A stretch of DNA of 64,000 bases from a bacterium (GCA_963555815.3 CAUVWX020000002.1:480001-544000); one strand, 5' to 3'; shown: positions 1-9,961, counted from the stretch's first letter. Notes: generated by a model from the letters alone, not told the origin. A program made the numbers and translations.

Positions 1-35
1 TCTGGGTCGCCTGGGAAGAAGCACGCTGCCAGGTC

Positions 36-1253
36 TCAGAGATCCATCCGGGCTGGAAGGTAGCAGGACAGGTCAACCCCGGGAAACTCCGGGGTCTTTC
101 CTCTGATTAGTTCTGCGATGATCTTCCCTGTAATGGGGGCGAGGGTGACGCCGTCTCCCTCGTGGCCCGTCGCGTACCAGAGACCTTCGACACGGGCAGA
201 GGGGCCGATCAGCGGACGGTGGTCCGGCGTCCAGGGGCGCAGCCCCGCAAAAGAGCGCGCGAGGGAGACATTTGAAAGGATTGGGAACCACCTCCGAGCA
301 CTCTGAAGGATAGCCTCCCGCCCCCTATCCGTTACGGTCTCCTCAAAGCCTGCGAACTCCCGCGTCGAGCCCAGGTAGCAACTCCCCCCGGGGTGCTGCT
401 GAAAAGAGAAGCTGTGGAGGAACCCGGGAAGGGTAGTTTCATCACACTGGATCTCGGGTTTCCCGCCAACGGATGTCTTCTCTTGCCCCCCCCGAAGCTT
501 TTGCAGGATGTAATCGGCGCTCCAGATGAGGTATTGGCTCACAGGACCTATCTCCTCAGTGACGAGGACCTGGCCGCGGCGAGGCAGGATCGGGACCTCA
601 AGACCAAGGCCCTCTGTCACCCTGGGGGACCAGACCCCGGCCGCCAGGACAACGCCATCGGCCTCATATTCTCCCTTCTCGGTCTTCACTCCCTTGATCC
701 TTCCCCCCTCAGTGAGAAGTTTCTGGACAGGCTCCCGCTCGCGGATGAGGGCACCCGCCCTGGTCGCCCCCTCAAGGAGTGCTCGGGCCGCCGCCTCAGC
801 GCCGACCAGGGTCCCGATGGGGCAAAACAGGCCTCCCAGGGTCTCAACGCTCAACTCCGGCACCCTTCGCCTCACCTCTGCGGGCTCTAAAAGCTCGGCA
901 CCCACCCCCAGGGCCTTAATGCCCCGAACGCAAGCCTCCAGTTGGGAGGGAGTTCCCTCAGTCCCCTCGGCCAGGACCATGATCGAGCCTCGTTCCTCAA
1001 AGAGAAAAGGGCGGGGGAGAATTTTCAGGAGCACCTCATAAAGGCGGCGGCTCTCAAGGGCGATGGCCATCTGTTGGTCAGGGGTCCTGCTGACGAGGTC
1101 CAGAACCCCCGTATTCCTGGCAGTCGTCCCGCAGGCGCACTCATCCCGCTCAAAGAGGTTCACCCGTATGCCCTCCTGGCTGAGGAAGTAGGCGACGGAC
1201 GCGCCGACGATGCCGCCCCCGATGATGATGACGCTTTTGAGATCTTTCAACAT
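36..1253 (-). CDS. FAD-dependent oxidoreductase, glycine/D-amino acid oxidase (DadA/ThiO/sarcosine oxidase beta-like)
   Basis: N-terminal IIGGGIVG FAD motif, GTTARNTG, LAAGVWS, GLRPWTPD and GHEGDGVTLAP. Confidence 0.9.
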   Translation of the reverse strand: MLKDLKSVIIIGGGIVGASVAYFLSQEGIRVNLFERDECACGTTARNTGVLDLVSRTPDQQMAIALESRRLYEVLLKILPRPFLFEERGSIMVLAEGTEGTPSQLEACVRGIKALGVGAELLEPAEVRRRVPELSVETLGGLFCPIGTLVGAEAAARALLEGATRAGALIREREPVQKLLTEGGRIKGVKTEKGEYEADGVVLAAGVWSPRVTEGLGLEVPILPRRGQVLVTEEIGPVSQYLIWSADYILQKLRGGQEKTSVGGKPEIQCDETTLPGFLHSFSFQQHPGGSCYLGSTREFAGFEETVTDRGREAILQSARRWFPILSNVSLARSFAGLRPWTPDHRPLIGPSARVEGLWYATGHEGDGVTLAPITGKIIAELIRGKTPEFPGVDLSCYLPARMDL

Positions 1254-1329
1254 ATCCTCATTCGAGGGGAGTCCCTGATAAAAAGATCGCTATGAAGCAG
1301 TCTAGTGGAGAGGGATTAAAGCGGCCAAT

Positions 1330-2025
1330 CTATCGAAGGTATACGTTAATACCGAAGCCGATGTGCTGGGATTGGATCTCGAACGCGTCCGTGACTCCCG
1401 AGTCTACAAAGCGAATGTCATCCGTCAGCGTGAACTTGTACTCAGCGAAAACTGAAACGTGACGGGTCAAGAAAGCGGACAACCCGGCCACGGCTTGGCC
1501 TCCCCCCACCGTGTCCGTTGCGTCAAAGTTGCCGCCCGTAATCTCTGCACTGGACATAAAAACCCCGCCGCCAACGCCGAGGTAAGGCTCAAACCTCCGC
1601 TCGAACCTCTCATTTTGAAATCTCGTCGGAATGACGATGGGGAAACGGCCCAGAAGGCCGAAGGTGATGGCCGTGGTCCTTACATTCATCTGAGTGGTGG
1701 TGGCCTGGGTGACGGGAAGGCCAGAGATGGTCCCCGTTGCGGAGACATTTTGTGCCGGGACGTCCGAGGTAAAGTTGTAGACATCAAGCTGAAGCCCGAA
1801 AAAGCGCCCAACCCAATATCCCACCTTGCCGCCAAAAAGGGGCCCGGTTTGCAAATCAACTTCCTGAAACGTCACATTCCTCGTCGATGAGGTTTCGCGA
1901 ATGTCCTCATCCCGGTTAAGGGAAATGCCCCCATAACCGGAGATAAATAACTCGGCTTTGGCAATCGCGGCTTGGCCCAGAACCAACCACAAGCCAAGAA
2001 CTAGAGAAAGGAAAAAGCGATTCAT
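1330..2025 (-). CDS. Outer membrane beta-barrel protein (8-stranded OmpA/OmpW-like)
   Basis: Signal peptide MNRFFLSLVLGLWLVLGQAAIAKA; amphipathic strands GGKVGYW, PYLGVGGG, VFAEYKF, HIGFGINVY; start moved to ATG 2025. Confidence 0.75.
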   Translation of the reverse strand: MNRFFLSLVLGLWLVLGQAAIAKAELFISGYGGISLNRDEDIRETSSTRNVTFQEVDLQTGPLFGGKVGYWVGRFFGLQLDVYNFTSDVPAQNVSATGTISGLPVTQATTTQMNVRTTAITFGLLGRFPIVIPTRFQNERFERRFEPYLGVGGGVFMSSAEITGGNFDATDTVGGGQAVAGLSAFLTRHVSVFAEYKFTLTDDIRFVDSGVTDAFEIQSQHIGFGINVYLR

Positions 2026-2240
2026 CCAGATACCCCCTGCTGCTAAGCACCAATACAATCACTGCAATGCTAAATATTTTTATAGATTTTTACAAACAGA
2101 AATTTTTGCCGTGAGAATTGAGTCCTCGCCCGCAACGATTTTCGCTCAATCTCAGGGACTTGACAAGGGAAAGGCATGGTAACATGTCTCCCACTTCCTT
2201 AAGGACTGGGGGTTCTGCCTTGAAGGGGGAGGGGGTTGGG

Positions 2241-2843
2241 ATGCGCCGAGTTCTCGCACCGGGGTGGCTAATCCTGCTGCTCTACGGATGCTCTTTCTAC
2301 TCCGCCGAGCCCCTTCGCCTCGAAAACCTCGCTCAGGCCCCCTACCACAGCGAAGAGGAATCAATCTATTTCATCATCAGGCCCATGGACCTCCTTGAAG
2401 ACACGAATGAATATTTTCAGGCCGACTTGATAGAAGAGGGGTTTCTCCCCTTCCACCTCCTCGTCCTCAATCGGGGGAACGACCGAATCTCACTCGGCCG
2501 AAACCGGGTCTCTCTCGCCTTGAACGGGACCTCCCCGCTCTCGCCAACACCCGCCAAAAAAGTGGCCAGCGAACTGAACACCTCCAAGTTCTCGGGGCTT
2601 CCCATATTCCTCAGCATCCCTGCCCTGGCAAGCGCCTTCTGGACAGATTACAACCGCTCGTATGACTATCAGCAGAAGGAATTTCCAGACCAAATCGTTG
2701 TGGGACCCCAAGAAGCGGTCGCCGGCGTCGTTTTCTTCAAGCTCCCGGAACAGGTGGACAGCGCCTCAGGAAGTCAGATCGCAGTCCGCTTTCGAAATCT
2801 CCGCACCAGGACTGATCAGAAGGTTACCCTGCTCTTTCGCTAG
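2241..2843 (+). CDS. Hypothetical lipoprotein
   Basis: MRRVLAPGWLILLLYGC signal with lipobox-like LYGC; G-rich RBS before ATG 2241. Confidence 0.6.
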   Translation: MRRVLAPGWLILLLYGCSFYSAEPLRLENLAQAPYHSEEESIYFIIRPMDLLEDTNEYFQADLIEEGFLPFHLLVLNRGNDRISLGRNRVSLALNGTSPLSPTPAKKVASELNTSKFSGLPIFLSIPALASAFWTDYNRSYDYQQKEFPDQIVVGPQEAVAGVVFFKLPEQVDSASGSQIAVRFRNLRTRTDQKVTLLFR

Positions 2844-2957
2844 CCGCCGATTCCCTGATTGACAGCCCGCTGTCTGGCAGAAGGATGCGGACGGGGGGTG
2901 ATCTGAGTGACCCTCGCGTCGCCTAGATGGTGGGAGCAAGAAGGGAGGCGCTAAGGC

Positions 2958-3524
2958 TCATTTGGCCCGTTCCACGTAGGCACCCGTCCGGGTATCAATC
3001 CGGATGGCCTCTCCCTGATTCACGAACAGGGGAACCTGGACCACCGCCCCCGTTTCCAAGGTGGCCCGCTTGGTCCCCCCGACGGCCGTATCGCCCCGGA
3101 CTCCCGGGTCTGTCTCCGTGATCCGAAGCTCAACAAAGGTGGGAAGGTCTACGCCGATGGGAACCCGGTTGTGGAAGAGGACGGCGACGGTGACGTTGTC
3201 CTGGAGCCAGTTGACGGCGTCTCCCAGATGCTCTCGCGTCAGAAACTCCTGCTCGTAGTTCGAGGTGTCCATAAAGCAGTACCGGTCGCCCTCCCGATAG
3301 AGGTACTGCATCTGCCGGTCTTCCAGGTCGGGGGTATTGACTTTCTCTCCGGAGCGGAAGGTCTTGTCCTGAACCAAGCCGGTGCGAAGACTTTTCAGGC
3401 GCGTCTTGACGAAGGCGGCCCCCTTCCCCGGCTTGACATGCTGGCACTCCGCGATGAGAAAGGGCTCACCGTTGAGTTCGATCTTGAAGCCGTTTTTAAA
3501 CTGAGTGGTCGATGCGGTCCCCAC
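2958..3524 (-). CDS. efp: Elongation factor P
   Basis: QHVKPGKGAAFV, PGVRGDTA, LETGAVVQVPLF, IDTRTGAYVER. Confidence 0.98.
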   Translation of the reverse strand: MGTASTTQFKNGFKIELNGEPFLIAECQHVKPGKGAAFVKTRLKSLRTGLVQDKTFRSGEKVNTPDLEDRQMQYLYREGDRYCFMDTSNYEQEFLTREHLGDAVNWLQDNVTVAVLFHNRVPIGVDLPTFVELRITETDPGVRGDTAVGGTKRATLETGAVVQVPLFVNQGEAIRIDTRTGAYVERAK

Positions 3525-3532
3525 GCTCGCCC

Positions 3533-4603
3533 CTAAGCAATGGCGACCAAATCCTTGGAGATGGCTGCCGTCAGGACTTCGACTCCCTTCGGGGTCACCA
3601 AGGCCATATCCTCGATTCGAACGCCGCCGATCCCCGGCAGATAGATCCCCGGCTCAACGGTGAACACCATCCCCGGCTTGAGCTCACGCTCCTGGCCCTC
3701 GGCAATCCGAAGGGGCTCGTGGACTTCCAGGCCGAGCCCGTGGCCAGTCCCGTGGCCGAAGTTTTCACCGTAGCCAGCTTCTTGGATAACGCTGCGGGCC
3801 GCGTCATCTACCTTCCCGGCCTTCACGCCGGGGCGGACCGCCTCAATCCCGGCCCGATTGGCCCGAAGGACGACCTCGTAAACCTCAATCAGCTTTTCCT
3901 CGACCGCCCCGACGGGGACGGTGCGGGTCAGGTCGCTGAAGTAGCCCTGGGCGCAGGCCCCAAAATCCACCGTCACCATCTCTCCCCTGCGGACAACCTT
4001 GTCAGAGGCCCGGGCGTGAGGAAGGGCCCCTCGGGGGCCTGAAGCGACGATGAGGTCAAAGGGGGTTTGCTCTGACCCCAGGCTCTTCAATTGGAACTCC
4101 AACTCCAAGGCCACCTCCCGCTCACTGGCCCCTTCCGCGATGAAGCCGACCGTCTCCTCCCAGGCCTCGACGGCAATCTCAACGGCTCGGCGCATGGCCA
4201 ACAGCTCTTCTGAATCCTTGATGTGCCTAAATTCTTCCACCGCCTCCCGGGTCGGAACCAGGGGGAACCCCTCCAGTTCTTTCGCCAGGCCCTCATAGAT
4301 CTGATAAGAGAGGTGCCCCGCCTCAAACTTGAGCCGACGTGCCCCGAAGGAGCGGACGGCCTCGGCCAGCTCGGGAAGCTGCATCTTATAGATGAGCCGA
4401 GGGAGGCCTTTCACCTCCTCCTCCGCCTGAATGAGGTAACGAAAATCGGTGAGAAAGAGTTCCTCCCCGGGCGTCAGGAGAAGCAGGGCTGAGGAGCCCG
4501 TGAACCCAGAGAGATAGCGGATATTCTCCAGTGAAGAGACGAGAAAGGCCTCCCCACTCTCCAGAGTGGACCGCAGAGCCTTTCTGCGTCTTTCATGGGG
4601 CAA
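3533..4603 (-). CDS. Xaa-Pro aminopeptidase/dipeptidase, M24B family
   Basis: NIRYLSGFTGS, DFGA..SDLTRT, HGTGHGLGLEVHE, TVEPGIY, GVRIED. Confidence 0.95.
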   Translation of the reverse strand: MPHERRRKALRSTLESGEAFLVSSLENIRYLSGFTGSSALLLLTPGEELFLTDFRYLIQAEEEVKGLPRLIYKMQLPELAEAVRSFGARRLKFEAGHLSYQIYEGLAKELEGFPLVPTREAVEEFRHIKDSEELLAMRRAVEIAVEAWEETVGFIAEGASEREVALELEFQLKSLGSEQTPFDLIVASGPRGALPHARASDKVVRRGEMVTVDFGACAQGYFSDLTRTVPVGAVEEKLIEVYEVVLRANRAGIEAVRPGVKAGKVDDAARSVIQEAGYGENFGHGTGHGLGLEVHEPLRIAEGQERELKPGMVFTVEPGIYLPGIGGVRIEDMALVTPKGVEVLTAAISKDLVAIA

Positions 4604-4620
4604 TATGGGTCCGTCCTCCC

Positions 4621-5076
4621 TTATCCTTTCTTCTTCTCTTTCCCTGCCAGGAGGTCCATGGCGGCGACAAGGGCCAGCTCGTAGCCCTGGGCTCCCAGCC
4701 CCACGATCTGGCCCACGGTGACCGGGGAGATCAGGGAGGACGACCGGAAGGGCTCTCGGGCGTAAATGTTCGTCAGGTGGACTTCGATGGTGGGGATCCC
4801 CACGGCGGCGACGGCATCCCGCAGGGAGACACCATAGTGCGTATAGCCCCCCGGGTTGATAATCATGAAGTCGACTTCTCCGAGCGCCTTATGGATGCGA
4901 TCGATAAGGGCCCCCTCGTGATTGCTTTGAAAGGTCTCAAGGGTGACCCCGCGTTCGGTGGCCAGGGCCTGAAGGCGACCGTCGATCTCCTTCAGGGTCT
5001 GAAACCCGTAGAGCTCGGGTTCACGGGCACCCAGGAGATCCATGTTGGGGCCATGCAGGACAAGAACCTTCGCCAC
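4621..5076 (-). CDS. aroQ: Type II 3-dehydroquinate dehydratase
   Basis: VLHGPNMDLLGAREPELYG, QSNHEGALID, INPGGYTH, EVHLTNIYAREPFR; GTG start at 5076 preferred. Confidence 0.96.
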   Translation of the reverse strand: MAKVLVLHGPNMDLLGAREPELYGFQTLKEIDGRLQALATERGVTLETFQSNHEGALIDRIHKALGEVDFMIINPGGYTHYGVSLRDAVAAVGIPTIEVHLTNIYAREPFRSSSLISPVTVGQIVGLGAQGYELALVAAMDLLAGKEKKKG

Positions 5077-5186
5077 CGGATTTTCCCCTCTCAAAGTGCA
5101 AACGCCCCCTTCCGTGGGGGCTTCGGTGAAGAGTCTAGATCTCTCCCTTCCGCCAAGTCAACTCTCAAAGGGGGAATCCAGAGGTT

Positions 5187-6275
5187 TTAGGCCGAGGACT
5201 CCTTCAACGCCTCGAACAGGGCCTCCTCAGGGATATGGCCGTAGAGGCCCACCTCACCGATCGCCCGAAGGAGGACAAAACGCACCTCCCCGCCCCGGGC
5301 CTTCTTGTCCACCCCGAAGGTTTTTAGCAGGCGAGTTCGGCTCAGGCGCGGCGGGGTCGTCGGGAGGCCTGCCCTGCGCAGGAGCCTGACCAGGCGGGCC
5401 GACACCGCCGAGGGGCAGATCCCCAGAATGCTGGAGAGGCGGGCCGCATAGGCCATGCCGATGGCGATGGCCTCGCCGTGGGAGTAGCGACGATAACGTG
5501 TGAGGGCCTCCAGGGCGTGCCCAAAGGTGTGGCCGAAATTGAGGATGGAGCGGAGCCCCAAGTCCCTCTCGTCGGCCGAAACGACAGCCGCTTTGATCCG
5601 ACAAGAGGTGGAGATGGCCCGGCCAAGGGCCGGCGATCGAAGAGAGAGGAGGTCGTCCAGGTGGTCCTCGAGGAAGGAAAAGAAGGCCCCGTCCGCAATG
5701 ACGCCATACTTGATGAGCTCTGACATCCCCGCCAAGATTTCGCGCCGGGGGAGTGTTCGAAGCAGGTCCGGATCGATGGCGACAAGATTAGGTTGACAAA
5801 AAACCCCCACCAGGTTTTTCCCCGCCGGCAGGTTGACCCCCGTCTTTCCACCAACGCTGCTGTCGATCTGAGCTGTCAAAGAGGTTGGGACCTGAACTGT
5901 GGCCACCCCCCTCAGATAGGTCGCGGCCACAAAGCCCGCCAGATCTCCCACCACCCCCCCGCCCAGGGCAATGACCGTCCCATGCCGGTCCACACCTGCC
6001 TCCAGGAGGGAACGGTAGGCTCGCCCACACCAGGCCAGGTTCTTGTGGATCTCACCGTCCGGGACGTTGAAGCGGGAGTAGGAGATTCCAGCACGAGCAA
6101 GGCCCTGCTGAAGCCTTCGGGCGTAGCGCCGGCCCACCACGGGGTTCGTGAAAATGACGGCCCGGCCTCGAAGCCCCCGGGAGGCCATCAGGCGGCCCAC
6201 ACGGTCCAGAACCCCCTCGCCCACCACGAGGTCGTAACTTCGCTTGCCCAGTTGGACAGAGATGGTCTTCACCAA
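5187..6275 (-). CDS. aroB: 3-dehydroquinate synthase
   Basis: ALGGGVVGDLAGF, DSSVGGKTGVN, KNLVGVF, LNFGHTFGHALE, HGEAIA. Confidence 0.97.
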   Translation of the reverse strand: MVKTISVQLGKRSYDLVVGEGVLDRVGRLMASRGLRGRAVIFTNPVVGRRYARRLQQGLARAGISYSRFNVPDGEIHKNLAWCGRAYRSLLEAGVDRHGTVIALGGGVVGDLAGFVAATYLRGVATVQVPTSLTAQIDSSVGGKTGVNLPAGKNLVGVFCQPNLVAIDPDLLRTLPRREILAGMSELIKYGVIADGAFFSFLEDHLDDLLSLRSPALGRAISTSCRIKAAVVSADERDLGLRSILNFGHTFGHALEALTRYRRYSHGEAIAIGMAYAARLSSILGICPSAVSARLVRLLRRAGLPTTPPRLSRTRLLKTFGVDKKARGGEVRFVLLRAIGEVGLYGHIPEEALFEALKESSA

Positions 6276-6331
6276 AAACCCTTCAACCGCCTTCTCGATG
6301 AATCCCTTCGATTAGACAGCCGGCGGAAGCC

Positions 6332-7228
6332 TCAAATTTGAAATGGCACAGGCGTGAAACTCAAGGCGAAGATGGCAAGGCAGACCCAGCCAAGGTACTT
6401 CCTTCCTCTATCCAGAGGAGTCAACTCGTCAATCAAGGGAGGGTGGTGAAACCCAAAGAACACAGTGAGGGCCGCCCATATGAACCACCCCTGCCAGAGG
6501 AACCCCAGCGGGATCAGGATGACCAACGTTCCCACAGTAACGATTCGATGTCTCTTTGAGAAAATGGCGTAGATGAGGTGGCCGCCGTCGAGCTGCCCCA
6601 CAGGAAGGAGGTTCAGGGCGGTGACGAAGAGGCCGATCCAGCCGGCAAAGGCCAAAGGGTGAAGGATGATGGTGTAATCGCTGGGCGAGGCCCCAAGGAC
6701 CCACTTAGTCAAAAAAGAGAAAAGGAGAGAAGACCCGAGGGTGAGGCCGGGCTGGTGAGTGGAGGGCTGGACATCAGAGAGACTCAGGCCGATGAGGATG
6801 ATGGGAATTGCCACAACGAAGCCCGCCAGAGGGCCTGCCGCCCCGATGTCAAAGAGGACACGGCGGTTGAGGATAGGCGATTTCAACTTGATGAAAGCCC
6901 CCAGAGTCCCAAGACCCATTGGGAGAGGAATGAAATAGGGCAAAGAGGCGGGGACCCCCCAACGGCGCGAGAGGACATAATGGCCGGCCTCATGACAGCC
7001 CAGGATGAGAAGGAGTGCCCCGGCAAATGGAAATCCCCTGTAGAAAAGGTGGGGATCCTGTCTGAGATCCACCCCCGCCCAGCCGGCCCCGGCGATGACG
7101 GTAGTGAAGAGCGTGGCGACGAAGAGAAGGACATTGGTCCAAGGAAACGCCATGCGAGGTCTGGGAGGACTCCCCAAGAGGGTTTCCCCATTCCACTGGG
7201 ATCCTCCAGCTTCAACAGGATTCGCCAC
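6332..7228 (-). CDS. Site-2 protease family (M50) membrane metalloprotease
   Basis: HEAGH, FDIGAAGPLAG, LNLLPVGQLDGGH; several TM segments. Confidence 0.93.
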   Translation of the reverse strand: MANPVEAGGSQWNGETLLGSPPRPRMAFPWTNVLLFVATLFTTVIAGAGWAGVDLRQDPHLFYRGFPFAGALLLILGCHEAGHYVLSRRWGVPASLPYFIPLPMGLGTLGAFIKLKSPILNRRVLFDIGAAGPLAGFVVAIPIILIGLSLSDVQPSTHQPGLTLGSSLLFSFLTKWVLGASPSDYTIILHPLAFAGWIGLFVTALNLLPVGQLDGGHLIYAIFSKRHRIVTVGTLVILIPLGFLWQGWFIWAALTVFFGFHHPPLIDELTPLDRGRKYLGWVCLAIFALSFTPVPFQI

Positions 7229-7470
7229 AAAAAGACCCCTCTAAGTGGGCTGACCATCAGACGTTTTCCCCGCTAAGCATACAATATCCTGAGATAATCG
7301 TGACAAGTATAAATGGAGGCCCTTCGCAAAACCGCCTGCCCTCTTTGAGGGAAAACGGCCCTTTGGCCACCGCCTAATCCCCACTTTAGGGCTCCAAAAT
7401 AAGGGGGTCCCTCGAACCTCTGCATCTCAGTGGAAATCACCTGTGACTTCCACAAGGGCTAAATTTTTCA

Positions 7471-7499
7471 TTGACATGAGGGGATTAGCTTGATAGCTT
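7471..7499 (+). promoter_or_regulatory. Sigma70-type promoter upstream of the csp gene
   Basis: TTGACA (7471-7476), 17 nt spacer, TAGCTT (7494-7499) with extended TG; AT-rich upstream. Confidence 0.6.
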
Positions 7500-7616
7500 T
7501 GCCTCCAATTATGTTTTGCCTTGTTGAGCGTGGTTTTGAGTGATCTGCGTATGTTTTCCAGTGGGCCCATCGGGTCCCGCTGCACCACAGGCGGGATCAA
7601 GAGGGGTCCGTGTCTT

Positions 7617-7651
7617 AGCCGCGAGCCCCAACGGGGTATCGCGGTTTTTTT
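7617..7651 (+). terminator. Intrinsic terminator-like hairpin inside the csp 5' leader
   Basis: GCCGCGA-GCCCC-AAC-GGGGT-A-TCGCGG followed by T7 (7645-7651). Confidence 0.6.
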
Positions 7652-7755
7652 GGCCCTCTGAAGAAAGGGATTTCTGCCGATTGCGAGCTTGCTAGCCAGT
7701 TGGGGTTTTCACCCCGGGGCCCAGGCTCAGAGGGGCAAAGGGAGGAGCAGTCAGG

Positions 7756-7959
7756 ATGGCGGAAGGTAAGGTAAAGTGGTTCAATGACGCCAAGGGGTAT
7801 GGATTCATCGAGCAGGAGGGAGGCGAAGACGTCTTCGTCCACTATTCGGCCATTCAAGGGGAGGGGTTCCGGTCCCTCGCGGAAGGCCAGGAGGTCCAGT
7901 TCGATGTCACCTCGGGACCGAAGGGCCCCCAGGCGGCAAACGTCACCCGAAAGGTGTAG
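7756..7959 (+). CDS. Cold-shock protein (CspA family)
   Basis: [15 protein letters not shown] (RNP1), DVFVHYSAI (RNP2), [18 protein letters not shown]. Confidence 0.98.
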   Translation: MAEGKVKWFNDAKGYGFIEQEGGEDVFVHYSAIQGEGFRSLAEGQEVQFDVTSGPKGPQAANVTRKV

Positions 7960-8057
7960 GACAAATCCATAAGGCGCCCCGGACGCCCAGAGTCTGTTCG
8001 CTTAGGGGTTCTCTGAAATCTTGGGGGACGTGGAGACCCCGCGCAAACTCTCGCGGG

Positions 8058-9152
8058 TTAGCTTGAAAGCTCCCAACCAGCGTCGGCGTCTAGACGAAGG
8101 GCCTGGGTTTCCGTCTGCCGACCCGCCTTGAGGAGAAAGTAGCCAGCCGAGGCGATCATGGCGGCGTTATCCGTGCAAAACGGGACGGCAGGGACATAGA
8201 GACCCACGCCCTCTTCGACCGAACGTCTTCGAAGCCTTGTCCGAAGGCCTTGATTGGCAGCCACTCCCCCCACCACAGCAAGGGCCCGACACCCCTCCTG
8301 GCGGACCGCTCGCAGGGCCTTCTCCGTTAAGACCTCGACAACCGCTGCCTGAAAGGCGTGGGCGATTTGTCGACGGAGATCCTCCCCAATGCCCCGGGCA
8401 CGCTCAAGGGGAGGAAGCGCAGGGTCGTTGGTATAGAGGCCAAGGTCCATCAAGTGGTAGAGAACGGCGGTCTTTAGCCCGCTGAAGCTGAAGTCAAGCC
8501 CTCCGTCGTCGAGGATAGGCCGAGGGAACTGAATAGAGGGTTCACCCTCCACTTCGGCGGCCAAAGCATCCAGGATAGGCCCCCCAGGATAGCCGAGCCC
8601 CAAGAGCCTTGCCACCTTGTCATAGGCCTCACCGGCGGCGTCGTCCCGTGTGGCGCCGAGGCAGCGGAAGGAGAACGGGTCCTCCACCCGGTAGAGGTGC
8701 GTGTGGCCTCCCGAGACCACCAGGGCCACAAACGGCAAGGGAGGGCTCTCAGGGCCTCCGATCCCCTCTGGCTCCTGCATGGCAGCTTCGAGATAAAGGG
8801 CTGACACGTGACCTGCCAGGTGGTGGACGCCCACGAGGGGGATCCCTCGGGCGAGCGCAACTCCCTTGGCCGCCTGGAGCCCCACGAGGAGGGCAACCAC
8901 CAGTCCGGGGCCGCGCGTCACAGCAACCGCATCGACCTCCTCCCATCCCACATCGGCCACGGCCAGGGCCTCCTCCAGGACGGGATGGATTCGCTCGATA
9001 TGGTGGCGAGCTGCCAGCTCTGGGACCACACCGCCGTACTTTTGGTGAAGGGCAAGTTGGGAAGCGACGATGTTCGAGAGGACACACCGGCCATCCTCCA
9101 CCACGGCCGCCGCCGTCTCATCGCAGGAGGTTTCAATCCCTAGGACCCGCAT
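8058..9152 (-). CDS. tsaD: tRNA N6-threonylcarbamoyladenosine transferase
   Basis: LGIETSCDETA, GGVVPELAARHH, GPGL, HHLAGH, VSGGHT, DDAAGEAYDK, FSFSGLKT, CTDNAAMIA. Confidence 0.97.
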   Translation of the reverse strand: MRVLGIETSCDETAAAVVEDGRCVLSNIVASQLALHQKYGGVVPELAARHHIERIHPVLEEALAVADVGWEEVDAVAVTRGPGLVVALLVGLQAAKGVALARGIPLVGVHHLAGHVSALYLEAAMQEPEGIGGPESPPLPFVALVVSGGHTHLYRVEDPFSFRCLGATRDDAAGEAYDKVARLLGLGYPGGPILDALAAEVEGEPSIQFPRPILDDGGLDFSFSGLKTAVLYHLMDLGLYTNDPALPPLERARGIGEDLRRQIAHAFQAAVVEVLTEKALRAVRQEGCRALAVVGGVAANQGLRTRLRRRSVEEGVGLYVPAVPFCTDNAAMIASAGYFLLKAGRQTETQALRLDADAGWELSS

Positions 9153-9937
9153 CTCCCCCCCCCCAGGAGCTCTGACACGGGGACCACGTGCACCCCCCTT
9201 TCCAAGAGACGAGGGAGACCCACACGAAGGGCCTCCAGGGTTTTCTGGTGGGGATGACCGATGGCGATGGCCTTTCCCCGGCGCAAGGCCATCTCCCCAA
9301 CCTCTTCCAGCCTCGCCGAAATGGCTGCACTCTCCAACTCGTTGTCCAAAAAGACCTGTCTCTTGAGCGTTGCCACACCAAAGTCCCTCGCCGTCTGAAA
9401 GGCGACCGAGTGGGGTGAAGTGAGGCTGTCCACATAGAAAAGGCCCCGGGATTTCAAGAGGCTCATGACGAGCCCCATGGCCCAGGGCGTCTCACTCAAC
9501 CTCGAGCCCATGTGATTGTTGACACCGACCGCGTGGGGGACCGAGGCGAGGGAACTCTTGAGGGTTCGAAGAAAGGGCTCTCTTTCCATAATGCTGAAGA
9601 GAGCGCCCGGCCCGGGCGGGTTCCTCTCGAGGTCATGGGGCTCCATGGGAAGATGGAGGAGAACCTGACGGGAAAGCCGGTGGGCTTCCTCCGAGATGCG
9701 AAGAGAATGGGGAAGGTGAGGGAGAACGCTGAGGGTGATGGGCGCCGGAAGATTCAGGACCTCTTGTGCGACCTTCCAGCTTCCCCCCAGGTCATCAATG
9801 AGAATTGCCACGCGGGGGGGAGCCTCCGCTGGGGACGTTCCCTCCCCTTCCAGCCCAAGTGCTGTCTGAAACAGTAAACTCCCTGTTGCCAAGAGCCCGA
9901 TCGCAAGGAGGCCCCGGGGCCCACGCGAAAAATTCAC
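9140..9937 (-). CDS. Divergent polysaccharide deacetylase family protein (YibQ-like)
   Basis: AILIDDLG, LLHLPMEP, GVNNHMGS, YVDSLT, VFLDN, IAIGHP; follows ctpA as is typical. Confidence 0.93.
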   Translation of the reverse strand: MNFSRGPRGLLAIGLLATGSLLFQTALGLEGEGTSPAEAPPRVAILIDDLGGSWKVAQEVLNLPAPITLSVLPHLPHSLRISEEAHRLSRQVLLHLPMEPHDLERNPPGPGALFSIMEREPFLRTLKSSLASVPHAVGVNNHMGSRLSETPWAMGLVMSLLKSRGLFYVDSLTSPHSVAFQTARDFGVATLKRQVFLDNELESAAISARLEEVGEMALRRGKAIAIGHPHQKTLEALRVGLPRLLERGVHVVPVSELLGGGRCGS

Positions 9938-9961
9938 AAGACGCCTTGACCTCTCCGCTCT

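Noticed and set aside
2958..3524. DHS-like protein (30024..31001) as an EF-P modifying enzyme
   Set aside because: The genes are 26 kb apart in different operons; nothing in the sequence links them
5104..5121. GCCCCC/GGGGGC hairpin between aroB and aroQ as a terminator
   Set aside because: Only a weak U-tract inside an apparent operon; not enough support
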